In this document: one piece after another, positions 9,371 through 19,011 of the stretch | Layout: every line of letters starts with the position of its first letter | Numbering within the stretch: the first letter of the stretch is position 1 | Sequence record: NC_042081.1 | Length of the DNA: 64,000 nucleotides | Direction: 5' to 3' (one strand) | Notes under the pieces: generated by a model | The model's database searches: none | What the model was told of the DNA's origin: nothing | Seen by the model: only the letters and a program-made list of their open reading frames with translations | Translations under genes and position numbers: made by a program

Positions 9371-10936
9371 TTACTGATTAAGTTTACCCAGATGAATTAC
9401 CAGTTCGGTGATCACCGACTTAATTGTGGCCGGTACAACAAGGACTTTATTCTGAGTTACCTGTTCTGCTTCTTTGAATAAACGATCGGGTCCATGATAG
9501 ATCCAGTTACTAGATCTAATGGATGCATGTGCAGATTGCACAGCAATGCCCGCAATATTTACAGGTGCTACTGGAACACCGTTAATAGCTCGTTGTTGTC
9601 GTTGATGTGGATAAAGCTCATCCATTACGTCCTTATATTTAATTTGAATACGTGTACTATTGCGTGGTTGAATGGACATTGCATGTTCACCACTATAATA
9701 CAACTCTACTTGCATAAATACAGCAACTTGTTGGAAACCCCAATGCCACATTAGTGACTGAGCTGCTGCCAACAAATGGTTAACTGCATTTTTATTAATG
9801 TGGCTGAATGCTCGTGCAGGGAAAGCTTTGTGCATCACCCATTGTGCAAGTAATATCTGGTGTGGATAGATATCTTTAGTAGCTGTAACTGCAACGCAAT
9901 CTAGACATTCCTGAATTAACTCTACTGGGACAGTGTCATCGATTTTGTGAACCAGTTTAACTACATCAAGAGCATCTAAGTTATAAGCTACGATATCACC
10001 AGGAGTAACTCGCTGTTTAGTTTTATGCGATTCGATAAATGATGTTTTATCATCATCATCAATACCACCTTTATCTGGCCGTTTATCATTAACCCGGTCA
10101 GCAGTTGATCGTTCCGCAGGGTTTAGATTTGACTTAACATATCTAAACATATTTGAAACGATGGAATGTGAGGTGGCATCGTTTAATGGTAGGATGGTTA
10201 ATCGCCTAACCATAACTTTAGCCTGTAAGATATCCGGCACTTCAGCTGAACTCATGCCCCTATAAAGGTTGGCTAAGGTGGGTGCTTCATCTTCTACACA
10301 AAACTTAACATATGCACTTAGCTTATCATAAGCTGTTTCTACTGGAGTTCCATCGATTGATATTTCATCAACAGGCCAATGGTTAACCTCACAATCCGAG
10401 ATGAGACTAATTACTTCACACTCTTTATGCATTTCCTGAGAAGTGCCCTGATCAATAAACTCGCCCCAAATAGGTACTAAAGGACGAAGAGCTAGTGATA
10501 CAGATGCAAGGTTAATATAGTCATGTTTCAGATATGTTTGATCTGGTCGATTATATCGTGAATCATCAGTGATAACTTCTTCAATATCTACTGGAATATA
10601 AAGTTTACCAATAGTTAGTAGCCATCGCCGAAAACTATTCATCGGCATGGCTTTATACATCTCTTTGATGTAATAGGATAGACTCATTGCAATCCTCATC
10701 GGATCCATAGCCATATCCATGATCTTACGAATTTCTACATAACAATTCCAGATATGTTGTTGTGTCTCAGCACTTAGGCCACTCCAATAATCATTGATTT
10801 CTTGGAATACTCGTTGTTGATCTTGTACACGGATTTTACTATAAGCCGTAGTTGTCCAAGTTAAACGTTTACCATTGTGCTCTGTAGCCACTTCAGTAAA
10901 ACCAGTACCTTGAACTCCTGTAACGATGATTTGCAT
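9371..10936 (-). CDS. nvRNAP promoter-specificity (sigma-like) subunit gp68
   Basis: From MQIIVTGVQGTG (ATG 10936, GAGG RBS) gives 521 aa; sequence recognised as phiKZ gp68. Confidence 0.9.
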   Translation of the reverse strand: MQIIVTGVQGTGFTEVATEHNGKRLTWTTTAYSKIRVQDQQRVFQEINDYWSGLSAETQQHIWNCYVEIRKIMDMAMDPMRIAMSLSYYIKEMYKAMPMNSFRRWLLTIGKLYIPVDIEEVITDDSRYNRPDQTYLKHDYINLASVSLALRPLVPIWGEFIDQGTSQEMHKECEVISLISDCEVNHWPVDEISIDGTPVETAYDKLSAYVKFCVEDEAPTLANLYRGMSSAEVPDILQAKVMVRRLTILPLNDATSHSIVSNMFRYVKSNLNPAERSTADRVNDKRPDKGGIDDDDKTSFIESHKTKQRVTPGDIVAYNLDALDVVKLVHKIDDTVPVELIQECLDCVAVTATKDIYPHQILLAQWVMHKAFPARAFSHINKNAVNHLLAAAQSLMWHWGFQQVAVFMQVELYYSGEHAMSIQPRNSTRIQIKYKDVMDELYPHQRQQRAINGVPVAPVNIAGIAVQSAHASIRSSNWIYHGPDRLFKEAEQVTQNKVLVVPATIKSVITELVIHLGKLNQ

Positions 10937-10969
10937 TTTAACCTCTTTTACCAATGTAGATACATGTTA

Positions 10970-10992
10970 GTAATATAGATCTCAAATTTTTT
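10970..10992 (-). promoter_or_regulatory. Early promoter
   Basis: Exact TATATTAC on minus strand with upstream A-tract. Confidence 0.75.
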
Positions 10993-11020
10993 TTAGTATA
11001 ACGGCATTTAGTACTGAGGG

Positions 11021-11059
11021 CATATCGGTGCCTACTTCGAGAGTAAGCACCGAAATATG
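11021..11059 (-). terminator. Hairpin after chmC
   Basis: CATAT-CGGTGC...GCACCG-ATATG inverted repeat directly after the stop codon. Confidence 0.55.
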
Positions 11060-11061
11060 TT

Positions 11062-11802
11062 TTAGAAGGAAGGCATATCCTCATCAAAAGCTGAGTCATT
11101 ATAACTATTATTAGCCGGCTTAGCATAACTATTATTGCCGCCGTTGTTATAGTTATTGCGCTGACCACCGTTATTGTAACCGCCGCTATTACCATTACCC
11201 TGATTGAAATTAGCAGGGTTAGATACACCTTTAGCATCTGGATCGAATTCAGTTACTAGAAGATGCATTACTAGTTTATATGCGGGGTCTAGGAAACCGT
11301 ATGCATAAGCATCGGACATTTCCTTAGGTGATAGTTGACTACCATCTGCTTTGCGGATATCATGGAATTGGGATGGGCCAAAGAAGAATTTGATCTTTGG
11401 ACGATCAGGTTGAGTGCTTAGCACTGCGATGTAAATTCGACCATCTTGTGCACGGCCAACATGTAGCTTAGAAAGCTCAATAAAATTATCACGCTTCTTA
11501 CCAGCTACGAAGTTATTGCGGTAAACAAAGACACGTTCAGTATCTTCAGTTTTACCTTCAATTAAGTCCATTGCAAACTTAATGAAACATGCAAAGGTTG
11601 CTAGGTCAGTATTGAACTCAATTTTACCATGGTCTTTATCACCAGGTACATTAGTACGAACAGTAACCCGTGGTTGGTTTTTAAACAGACCAAAACGCAG
11701 CGTCGGTCGTTTTTGAGAACCCTCACATGGTTTGGCATGTAGCCAAGTATTCATTACATTAAAAGGGTTAACTACGGGTGCATTAGACTGCTGTTGTGAC
11801 AT
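11062..11802 (-). CDS. chmC: Nucleus-associated RNA-binding protein ChmC (gp67)
   Basis: 246 aa; folded N-terminal domain plus N/G/Y-rich disordered tail; position upstream of gp68 and picA. Confidence 0.75.
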   Translation of the reverse strand: MSQQQSNAPVVNPFNVMNTWLHAKPCEGSQKRPTLRFGLFKNQPRVTVRTNVPGDKDHGKIEFNTDLATFACFIKFAMDLIEGKTEDTERVFVYRNNFVAGKKRDNFIELSKLHVGRAQDGRIYIAVLSTQPDRPKIKFFFGPSQFHDIRKADGSQLSPKEMSDAYAYGFLDPAYKLVMHLLVTEFDPDAKGVSNPANFNQGNGNSGGYNNGGQRNNYNNGGNNSYAKPANNSYNDSAFDEDMPSF

Positions 11803-11889
11803 GATGTGATAACTCCAAATTAAAACTAGATTCTTTTTAACTAGATGGGAAATGATTTCTACGTAATATTATCGCAACAAGTATTTCTT

Positions 11890-12720
11890 CTATTTGAATT
11901 TCTTGTATGCTTCTTTTAACTCTTTAGAACCATAAGCAGTAATGTCATGATGAACTTTATCTGGTGTTGTTAATCCTGTCCATTTTCTAGATTGTGCCAA
12001 TTGTTTTAACTGTGCACGAATAGCTTTGTCTTGTGGTTCAAGTAATTGTTTATCGCCAAATATCTGTATAGCAAATGATGTAAAAGGAAATGGAGTATCT
12101 TCTTTTAAACCATTTAGTTTAGTATACCACATGTTGTATGTCTTTATTTTGCCCGTATGGGATTCCAATAAAAGAAGTCTATTAAAATGGGGTTTCCATA
12201 ATAATTCATGTGGGAAATGGGTTAATAGTAAAACAGTACCTTCAACCTTTGGAGGTTTATTAGATATTTCCATTGTAATTAAATCTGTATCTTTTAACTT
12301 CTGATATAGTTCAATTGATACAAATCGTTCATAAACATCATAAGCTAATTGTTGCGGTGTTCGTGATACTTTAAATGTAGCTTTAGGGAATAACCACTTC
12401 ACTGCATCTCGACCAGTAATGTAATATTTTACAGTTGCTTTTATCCCCGATTGCCGTAAAGCAACCGGGATTGTTTGTGCTTCTTGAAATAAAACATCGA
12501 CTGCTGCAACCAAGTTAATATTAGTTTGTTGTTCAGACTTCATAGCCTGCCACATATTTCTTGCAAGAGTACGGACATTAATCCATATTTCTTTAATAGA
12601 CTTAACATCAGTTGGTTGTCTAGGCTTTTGTGGATGTGTTCCTATAAGCCCTTCGAGAGCAAAAGAAGTTCCAATGCTAATTGGAATATTAGCACCTACA
12701 TCTCTCTCGATAATATCCAT
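11890..12720 (-). CDS. Conserved protein, possible FEN/5'-3' exonuclease-like fold (gp66 position)
   Basis: 276 aa; IWINVRTLARN, LLLTHFPHELL and IFGD echo PIN/FEN strand and H3TH motifs, but acidic residues look degenerate. Confidence 0.45.
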   Translation of the reverse strand: MDIIERDVGANIPISIGTSFALEGLIGTHPQKPRQPTDVKSIKEIWINVRTLARNMWQAMKSEQQTNINLVAAVDVLFQEAQTIPVALRQSGIKATVKYYITGRDAVKWLFPKATFKVSRTPQQLAYDVYERFVSIELYQKLKDTDLITMEISNKPPKVEGTVLLLTHFPHELLWKPHFNRLLLLESHTGKIKTYNMWYTKLNGLKEDTPFPFTSFAIQIFGDKQLLEPQDKAIRAQLKQLAQSRKWTGLTTPDKVHHDITAYGSKELKEAYKKFK

Positions 12721-12732
12721 TATTATTGCCTT

Positions 12733-13899
12733 TTATTTGAACTCTGTCAATAATCCCAATACCCGTTGGATCTGAGCAGCGTCCGCTGTAAATTTTTCAA
12801 TATCTGGAATAATTAAATCAGAAATACTTTCTGGAGTTATATCCAAAAATTCTGATAAATCAAAATTCTTTAGGCTATCTGACACAGTATTTTTCTTTGT
12901 AGTAACTTTTTCAATTAAGATACTCCATGAAAAATTAGGATATTCATTTTGAAATGTATCGAGATCACCAGTAGCTACATCACCTGGATTACATCTTAAC
13001 CTAATTGCAGAGTTAGTTGGTAGTGTCTTGATATGTTCTTTAACAGTGTAATTAAGTTGCTTAGTATCCATTCCATGGACATTCAAAGTATCGTATCTAC
13101 GCGCACCCTTATTCTCAAGGAATGTAGCAGTCCATTCGCCATTTTCTTTCACCACAACATCAAATAATCCTTTTGGAATTTCATCGTTGTGACTTAATCG
13201 ATCAAATCCACCGGCAGCTAAAATGCGTTCATAGATAGACATCTCATGAACATGTCCACCATTGATCATATATTTAGTTAATGCTAAATATTCGTCTGGA
13301 TCATGTGTTGGCTCTTCCACAATACTTGGTAGCTGATGTTTAAATGCCCCATGTAAAATAGTAAAGTCAACTTGAGATATACCTTTCTTATGCATTAAAT
13401 CTTTTACTTGATTTAAAGTCTCTGATGTGGATGGATTCCATTTATCAGGGACATAAAGGAAATATGCATCTAGTTTCTCAATATACTCAATATCGAGAAT
13501 CTTTGAATAATGCAAATCAACTTTAATATTTGCATTATTTTTTTGTTCTACGAAAAACTGCATTTGCCCACGGTCATGTGATGGGGTCCCTTCAACAATA
13601 CGGATCATTACATTATACATTTCACATTTGTAGAGAAGTATTGTAATAAATCTATCAATTGCGTATGCAGCTGGATCGCCATTGTTTAATTGACGATCAA
13701 ATAAATCCCCTGTAATAATCAACATATCAATATCTTTTAAAATTGTATCAGGGACAGTTTTCCAAAAGTTATTGATGATTAATTCAGTAGGGGTTTGGCG
13801 ATGCCCCATATGGACATCGCCTACTGTTAAATATCGAAATATGCCAGGTTTCTTTGTTTTATCAGTCTTCATATTCGTCACCGTAAACACATTCATCAT
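12733..13899 (-). CDS. sbcD: SbcD/Mre11-like metallophosphoesterase nuclease (gp65)
   Basis: GDVHMG, GDLFD, GTPSHD, HG and GHVH motifs; likely start MKTDK at 13872. Confidence 0.88.
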   Translation of the reverse strand: MMNVFTVTNMKTDKTKKPGIFRYLTVGDVHMGHRQTPTELIINNFWKTVPDTILKDIDMLIITGDLFDRQLNNGDPAAYAIDRFITILLYKCEMYNVMIRIVEGTPSHDRGQMQFFVEQKNNANIKVDLHYSKILDIEYIEKLDAYFLYVPDKWNPSTSETLNQVKDLMHKKGISQVDFTILHGAFKHQLPSIVEEPTHDPDEYLALTKYMINGGHVHEMSIYERILAAGGFDRLSHNDEIPKGLFDVVVKENGEWTATFLENKGARRYDTLNVHGMDTKQLNYTVKEHIKTLPTNSAIRLRCNPGDVATGDLDTFQNEYPNFSWSILIEKVTTKKNTVSDSLKNFDLSEFLDITPESISDLIIPDIEKFTADAAQIQRVLGLLTEFK

Positions 13900-14494
13900 T
13901 CTCAGGTGTATCTACTTGCACACCTCCAGATTTAGATGAAGATGTATTCGGTAACTCATATAACGGAGTACCATCAGTATTTTTTAATACCCGACCATAT
14001 GCTGCTAAGATTTGGATTAACACTTGTAAAAGTTGTTTTTCCAATGGTTCATTATAAATACACCGCTCTAAGAATTGAGCTGCTTCTTTAGCAAACCCAC
14101 CACGTGGATTGCGGTTATGTTCTTTATTATAATAATCCATTACGTTAGAAATGCTAGCAACATTCTCACCAGATGAGATTGCAACACTTGGACGAGGATA
14201 AAGTGCTGGAACTGTAAAAAGCACAACCGCTTCTTTGGTATTGACACTTGCTACGCGTAACGGATTTGATAGCTCACGAACATATTTACGATATTCATCT
14301 AATGCACCAGGTGCCCACGGGCATTCAAGTAATGGTAATATATTCTTTACAAAAACGTCCTCATGAACAATAGGTGTCTCTTTCTGATGAATGCTAACCA
14401 TGGCTTGCATTGCATCCATGATCATGTTATCGCTATCTGTAACTCTAGTGTTCGGTTCCGGAGTTGCCATCTTCTTTACCCATAACTTGTTCAA
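13862..14494 (-). CDS. Hypothetical protein (gp64 position)
   Basis: Long ORF in a packed operon; likely start MATPEP at 14470. Confidence 0.75.
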   Translation of the reverse strand: MNKLWVKKMATPEPNTRVTDSDNMIMDAMQAMVSIHQKETPIVHEDVFVKNILPLLECPWAPGALDEYRKYVRELSNPLRVASVNTKEAVVLFTVPALYPRPSVAISSGENVASISNVMDYYNKEHNRNPRGGFAKEAAQFLERCIYNEPLEKQLLQVLIQILAAYGRVLKNTDGTPLYELPNTSSSKSGGVQVDTPENDECVYGDEYED

Positions 14495-15002
14495 TCTGTT
14501 GTTTAGTCAGAGTAGTGATGATATTAAAACGAGCTTCTTCTTTGTTTTCCATTAGTTGAGGATTACTATTTAGGTAATCAATCAACGCATCGCAGTTTTC
14601 AGTAGTGAACTTATTAGGCGTTCCAACAGTAGCAAACATATAACCTTTATCACCGCCCTTACGAACAATGACTGATTCCATATGTTCTTTCTGATTAACC
14701 CCATCTACTTCAGCTAGTGCGAATACTGGTTTAGTATCACCATGGATAGCTCGCATTGCGTCATCAACTTCATGCCGAATACTTTCACCCATATTGCAAA
14801 GAATATCTGCAAGAACTCGACTAACGCGAATATTAAATGTTGCAGTTTCTTCAGCTTTAGCTTTTACTAATTGTTGGAAAGCTTCATCTACAACATTAGC
14901 ATGTTTCGTTAGATTCCTAACTGTTACTTCTAGCATATGAATTCGTTTTAATAGCATGGAGTTCATAGCTTCGCTTTCATTTTTCTCAACTTCACTAGTC
15001 AT
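14445..15002 (-). CDS. Hypothetical protein with N-terminal coiled coil (gp63 position)
   Basis: 185 aa; abuts the upstream stop codon. Confidence 0.75.
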   Translation of the reverse strand: MTSEVEKNESEAMNSMLLKRIHMLEVTVRNLTKHANVVDEAFQQLVKAKAEETATFNIRVSRVLADILCNMGESIRHEVDDAMRAIHGDTKPVFALAEVDGVNQKEHMESVIVRKGGDKGYMFATVGTPNKFTTENCDALIDYLNSNPQLMENKEEARFNIITTLTKQQIEQVMGKEDGNSGTEH

Positions 15003-15440
<438 letters not shown>

Positions 15441-15452
15441 TTAAGTTAAGAT

Positions 15453-15470
15453 GGGAGCCAAATGGCTCCC
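15453..15470 (-). terminator. Intrinsic terminator
   Basis: GGGAGCCA-TT-TGGCTCCC stem with downstream U-rich tract on minus strand. Confidence 0.7.
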
Positions 15471-15506
15471 TTTATATTGCTTGATACATACAGTTAAATA
15501 CTTACA

Positions 15507-15971
15507 TTAACTAGCATATAAATATTTACTTGCAATTAATTCAATGTGGTATACGATGACAGCACCTTCTTTTTTCTTGAGTGTACTTGTTAAAACGATA
15601 TCGTGTTCAGTAACACATGCATGTACACTAATGGGTTTGGCAGTAATTTCACTACTTGTCCCTGAAAAATGAGTTGTAGCTACATATAACTGGGTATTAT
15701 CAACTAGCCCATTTGGATCCCTACCAACATGTACAAATGGTGGCCTGCTAGATACATTAGGATGGTCGTCTTTAATAACAAGATGACCATCTTCAGATGG
15801 GTAAGCATAGTCATATCCAGTTACATAGATACGTAGAGCGCCATTCTTAAATGCTTCTTTAAGATAAGAATATTCTTCAAAATTAAAACGAATTGAATCA
15901 ACCACAGCAGTAGTTAATTTAATAATAGGGTGTAGTGGTTTTGATGAGTTATTATTCTTAAGTAATAGCAT
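15507..15971 (-). CDS. Hypothetical protein
   Basis: Track ORF 15507-16031; AAGGA RBS supports the start MLLLKN at 15971. Confidence 0.7.
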   Translation of the reverse strand: MLLLKNNNSSKPLHPIIKLTTAVVDSIRFNFEEYSYLKEAFKNGALRIYVTGYDYAYPSEDGHLVIKDDHPNVSSRPPFVHVGRDPNGLVDNTQLYVATTHFSGTSSEITAKPISVHACVTEHDIVLTSTLKKKEGAVIVYHIELIASKYLYAS

Positions 15972-16293
15972 CGGTATTTTCCTTAACGTAAAAAGCAATA
16001 TGTGGATGGTTCCACAATGGGCTCTCATCACAAAAACTATAACTATGTATTTCCTCGCCAGTATCTAATTTAATAGAGACCACTTCACCTTCAATGACTG
16101 TGAAAATAAATTTAGTATCAGGTGAAACATAATCACCAGTTACATAGTCATTATCAGGAAGATACAATAGTCGTGTTTGATTATCGTATTTAAGTTCTAT
16201 CCCATCTGTACTATTAAAGTACATATATCCCGTACCATCTGGACTTTTTTGAAACATCTTTAGTTTATTTGGTACGAGTAGATCAATTGACAT
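15958..16293 (-). CDS. Hypothetical protein
   Basis: 111 aa; GGAGA RBS. Confidence 0.7.
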   Translation of the reverse strand: MSIDLLVPNKLKMFQKSPDGTGYMYFNSTDGIELKYDNQTRLLYLPDNDYVTGDYVSPDTKFIFTVIEGEVVSIKLDTGEEIHSYSFCDESPLWNHPHIAFYVKENTDAIT

Positions 16294-16315
16294 AGATCTC
16301 TCCTAAACGATAGAA

Positions 16316-16338
16316 GAGAGCCCCATGTAGGGACTCTC
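16316..16338. terminator. Hairpin terminator
   Basis: GAGAG-CCC...GGG-A-CTCTC stem right after the gp59-like stop. Confidence 0.55.
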
Positions 16339-16344
16339 ATTTAT

Positions 16345-16956
16345 TTAACCTAGAAGATTACCTACGACTGAAGTTGGATCTTCTTCACCTGCGTCCAGAT
16401 GCCCATCAATAGCATTCCACATACGGATAATGTCAACTTTCTCGTGCAGACTAAGTTTACGATCGCTCTTGATATCTTCGTGATAGTTTTTATAACCGAA
16501 TTCTTTCTTATCGGTATACATAACTCCATCCATCACGCGACGATAATCAAACTGTCGTTCACCTACAGCATCACCTTGGATGTTATTATAAGAACCACCA
16601 TATCCATCAACTTCATTATTAAGATACATAGTTCTTAGACGCTCATGCGCCATAACCCAACGTTGCATAATCGGACCAGCTGTTTGTAGTTCAGCTAATG
16701 TCTCAAGATACACAATGTTGTTAGACTGCCATAAATTATCTTTCTTTGTGGTTAGATTCCGCAGTGCTTGAACAGCAGCTGATTCACTAATCATACTGTA
16801 CATATTTTGTGCAGTATTGAAAAAGCTAGCAGCAGCAGTTGACATAGTTGAACGCAATGCCTGGCTACGCTCACCCAACCATTGAGTTGTTTGCTGTGTA
16901 AGATGGCCACCTGCACAGATGTCCAAGAGGTCTACACCATGTGCATCTACAATCAT
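16345..16956 (-). CDS. Conserved nucleus-phage protein at the gp59 position (recalled as import factor Imp3)
   Basis: 203 aa; GAGGTG RBS; identity inferred by counting genes from gp65. Confidence 0.55.
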   Translation of the reverse strand: MIVDAHGVDLLDICAGGHLTQQTTQWLGERSQALRSTMSTAAASFFNTAQNMYSMISESAAVQALRNLTTKKDNLWQSNNIVYLETLAELQTAGPIMQRWVMAHERLRTMYLNNEVDGYGGSYNNIQGDAVGERQFDYRRVMDGVMYTDKKEFGYKNYHEDIKSDRKLSLHEKVDIIRMWNAIDGHLDAGEEDPTSVVGNLLG

Positions 16957-17025
16957 TATTCACCTCAGATACTGTACTCATATACCCAGCATAGATTAAA
17001 TTGATGTTGCATAATAGATTACCCC

Positions 17026-17208
17026 TTAAAGCTTAGAGATCATTTCGACATATGCATCGACAAACCTACTGTTTACCACTACATCACCATTCCCACGAGT
17101 AATATATCTCCCAGTTATCATGGCTACCGATCTGGCTTCACGTTCATCTCGTTCAGCTTGTGATAAACATTCCGGGTTACGTCGAATAATTTCACGAATA
17201 TTAGACAT
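17026..17208 (-). CDS. Small hypothetical protein (60 aa)
   Basis: AAGGGGA RBS, directly downstream of an early promoter. Confidence 0.65.
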   Translation of the reverse strand: MSNIREIIRRNPECLSQAERDEREARSVAMITGRYITRGNGDVVVNSRFVDAYVEMISKL

Positions 17209-17239
17209 TGGGTATTCCCCTTATCACTATTGCACCTTA

Positions 17240-17260
17240 GTAATATAAATCTGAAATTGA
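17240..17260 (-). promoter_or_regulatory. Early promoter
   Basis: Exact TATATTAC preceded by AGATT on minus strand. Confidence 0.75.
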
Positions 17261-17262
17261 AT

Positions 17263-17322
17263 TCAGTATAACTTCACGGCGCAACTGTCCAATAGGTCCA
17301 CACCATGAGTATCTATAACCAT
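17263..17322 (-). pseudogene. Truncated diverged copy of the 5' end of the gp59-like gene (MVIDTHGVDLLDSCAVKLY*)
   Basis: Aligns with MIVDAHGVDLLDICA at 16956; 45/57 nt identical including the RBS region. Confidence 0.8.
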
Positions 17323-17330
17323 TATACACT

Positions 17331-17756
17331 TCAGTTATTGGCCGTATATGACCAACATAGATTAAACGGATGTTGTATAGGTAGGTTAAATGTGTCTAGT
17401 TCCTGACCGATCCAATTGATAGCTTTTGTAACACCTTCAACAGTTACAGTTAATTCAACATGGATGTCATGTTCAGGTGCAGTCACCACAATAGTGATTG
17501 GATCATCATGTTTAATACGGAATCCAAACTTAGGATGATGGAATCCCGTATACTCACCTTTAGTATTTTCTAGAATACATTCAAATAGATTAGTTTCTTT
17601 ATTAAGTTTAAATGTAACTAGTTTATCTGAATCTTTAAGTAAACCATTATCCCCAAATACATTGAACCGATAATGCTTATGGCAGATACCAAGTGTTTTT
17701 GGTACATCGTGGGAATTATCGATTTGCTTAGTACATTCATTACATTTACTATTCAT
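17331..17756 (-). CDS. Hypothetical protein
   Basis: 141-aa ORF; N-terminal CxxC...CxxH. Confidence 0.7.
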   Translation of the reverse strand: MNSKCNECTKQIDNSHDVPKTLGICHKHYRFNVFGDNGLLKDSDKLVTFKLNKETNLFECILENTKGEYTGFHHPKFGFRIKHDDPITIVVTAPEHDIHVELTVTVEGVTKAINWIGQELDTFNLPIQHPFNLCWSYTANN

Positions 17757-17768
17757 CCTTATTTACCT

Positions 17769-18152
17769 TTAATAAATTTGCTTATCAAAAGAGCAATTAA
17801 TTGGGATAGTGATAACTTCATTAGTAACTACATGTTTGCCTGTCTTTTTAAAGAATTGGGCAAATTTTGAAGTAGCTGGAATTACAAAGGTATCATCCCG
17901 ATCATTATTTGACATATTGTACAGAGTAAATTTACCGTCTAAATCAAACCTAATTTGCCATTCAATATCACGTACTTTGAAATCTATACCAAACCTTAAG
18001 TGATCATCAATTAATTCAGAACCACCGTACTCATAAGCTCCGGTGAAATTCCAATTAATTTCTGCGAATTGGAAAGTTACAGGATGTTCGCCATGTTCAT
18101 CTTGTATGTAGTAACCATCATGAGCTTTCCAATAGATGACTAAATCATGCAT
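17769..18152 (-). CDS. Hypothetical protein
   Basis: 127-aa ORF; GAGG RBS. Confidence 0.7.
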   Translation of the reverse strand: MHDLVIYWKAHDGYYIQDEHGEHPVTFQFAEINWNFTGAYEYGGSELIDDHLRFGIDFKVRDIEWQIRFDLDGKFTLYNMSNNDRDDTFVIPATSKFAQFFKKTGKHVVTNEVITIPINCSFDKQIY

Positions 18153-18172
18153 GCTACCAGCCTCAAAGAAAT

Positions 18173-18197
18173 AATAGGGGAGTCTAACTCCCCTATT
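18173..18197. terminator. Hairpin terminator after the gp55 last exon
   Basis: AATAGGGGAG...CTCCCCTATT. Confidence 0.7.
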
Positions 18198-18200
18198 AAT

Positions 18201-18422
18201 TTATTTTGCTTTTAGCCATTCTTCTAATGGCGGTAAATACTTCTCATGTGCCCAGTTAATAATTGTTTCTACAACAGGACCCTGTAATTCAAGGTTACCT
18301 GAGATTTCATGTGGTTCATCAATAGATAGAACCCATGTATGTGGTGCAATGCGTTCAGTTGCTTTAGTTAGATACACATCAGGCATTAACGTAAGATTCA
18401 ATTGATCGCCGTCAAAGTCAGC
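18201..18422 (-). CDS. nvRNAP beta'-like N-terminal subunit, exon 3 (catalytic ADFDGD; gp56.1)
   Basis: Frame reads ADFDGDQLNLTLMPD... and is preceded by the intron terminal G. Confidence 0.92.
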   Translation of the reverse strand, partial: ADFDGDQLNLTLMPDVYLTKATERIAPHTWVLSIDEPHEISGNLELQGPVVETIINWAHEKYLPPLEEWLKAK

Positions 18423-18903
18423 CGTATTGTTCAGTATCAGTCGTTAATTGATACCCGCACCATTACGTGCAGCTCTAGCTTTCACTAGAAGACCAGACTA
18501 TATCTTCACCCTTCCTTTCGGAGTGGGGTGTCTCCCATTTCGAGTCACTTGACCCTACATCCTATTTCTAGGACCGGTGCACCTGATACCGTAATAGTCG
18601 TTGAACCTTCTCCTATTCCTAAATGGAATGTTACGGAGCTTGGCTGCTGATTGGCCCTACCTAATCTTTTTCAAACCTTGGCTTTGTCTTTCGACTCGCA
18701 GTGGTAGATTAGTTTAACAGGATATCCCAGCAATTAGAGAGAACTCACCCCAATGATTACTCACTGGGGGAACTAGACTTGATTAACTTAATAAGGTATT
18801 TATCAAGCACTTCATATTCAATTTTAAATGAAGCCGGATCAAAGACGGACACTACTCCGTTTTGTTCCATTGTTTTTACCCTTATTTAGTTATTCAATTG
18901 TCC
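18423..18903 (-). ncRNA. Group IA2 intron 2 of the gp55 gene (481 nt)
   Basis: P/Q/R/S motifs present; starts after AAU (Asn) and ends in G; splicing restores KAPN|ADFDGD. Confidence 0.92.
18757..18870 (-). CDS. 37-aa mini-ORF inside intron 2 (MEQNGVVSVFDPASFKIEYEVLDKYLIKLIKSSSPSE)
   Basis: ATG preceded by AAGGGT at RBS spacing; lies 5' of the ribozyme core. Confidence 0.45.
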   Translation of the reverse strand: MEQNGVVSVFDPASFKIEYEVLDKYLIKLIKSSSPSE

Positions 18904-19011
18904 ATTAGGCGCTTTCAAGCATAATACTGACATGCTGATAGAATTATCATTAATGTCATCTTTTACTTTGGTAATAAAGAACTGCTGTGTGGATCCACGT
19001 TGAAGCGTTGG
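18904..19011 (-). CDS. nvRNAP beta'-like subunit exon 2 (108 nt, 36 aa)
   Basis: PTLQRGSTQQFFITKVKDDINDNSISMSVLCLKAPN; joins FHRN|PTL and KAPN|ADFDGD; absent from the ORF track. Confidence 0.92.

Noticed and set aside
10938-11237. 99-aa hydrophobic ORF overlapping the chmC 3' end
   Set aside because: Alternate frame of the AAT/AAC/GGT low-complexity tail; runs through a terminator and a promoter
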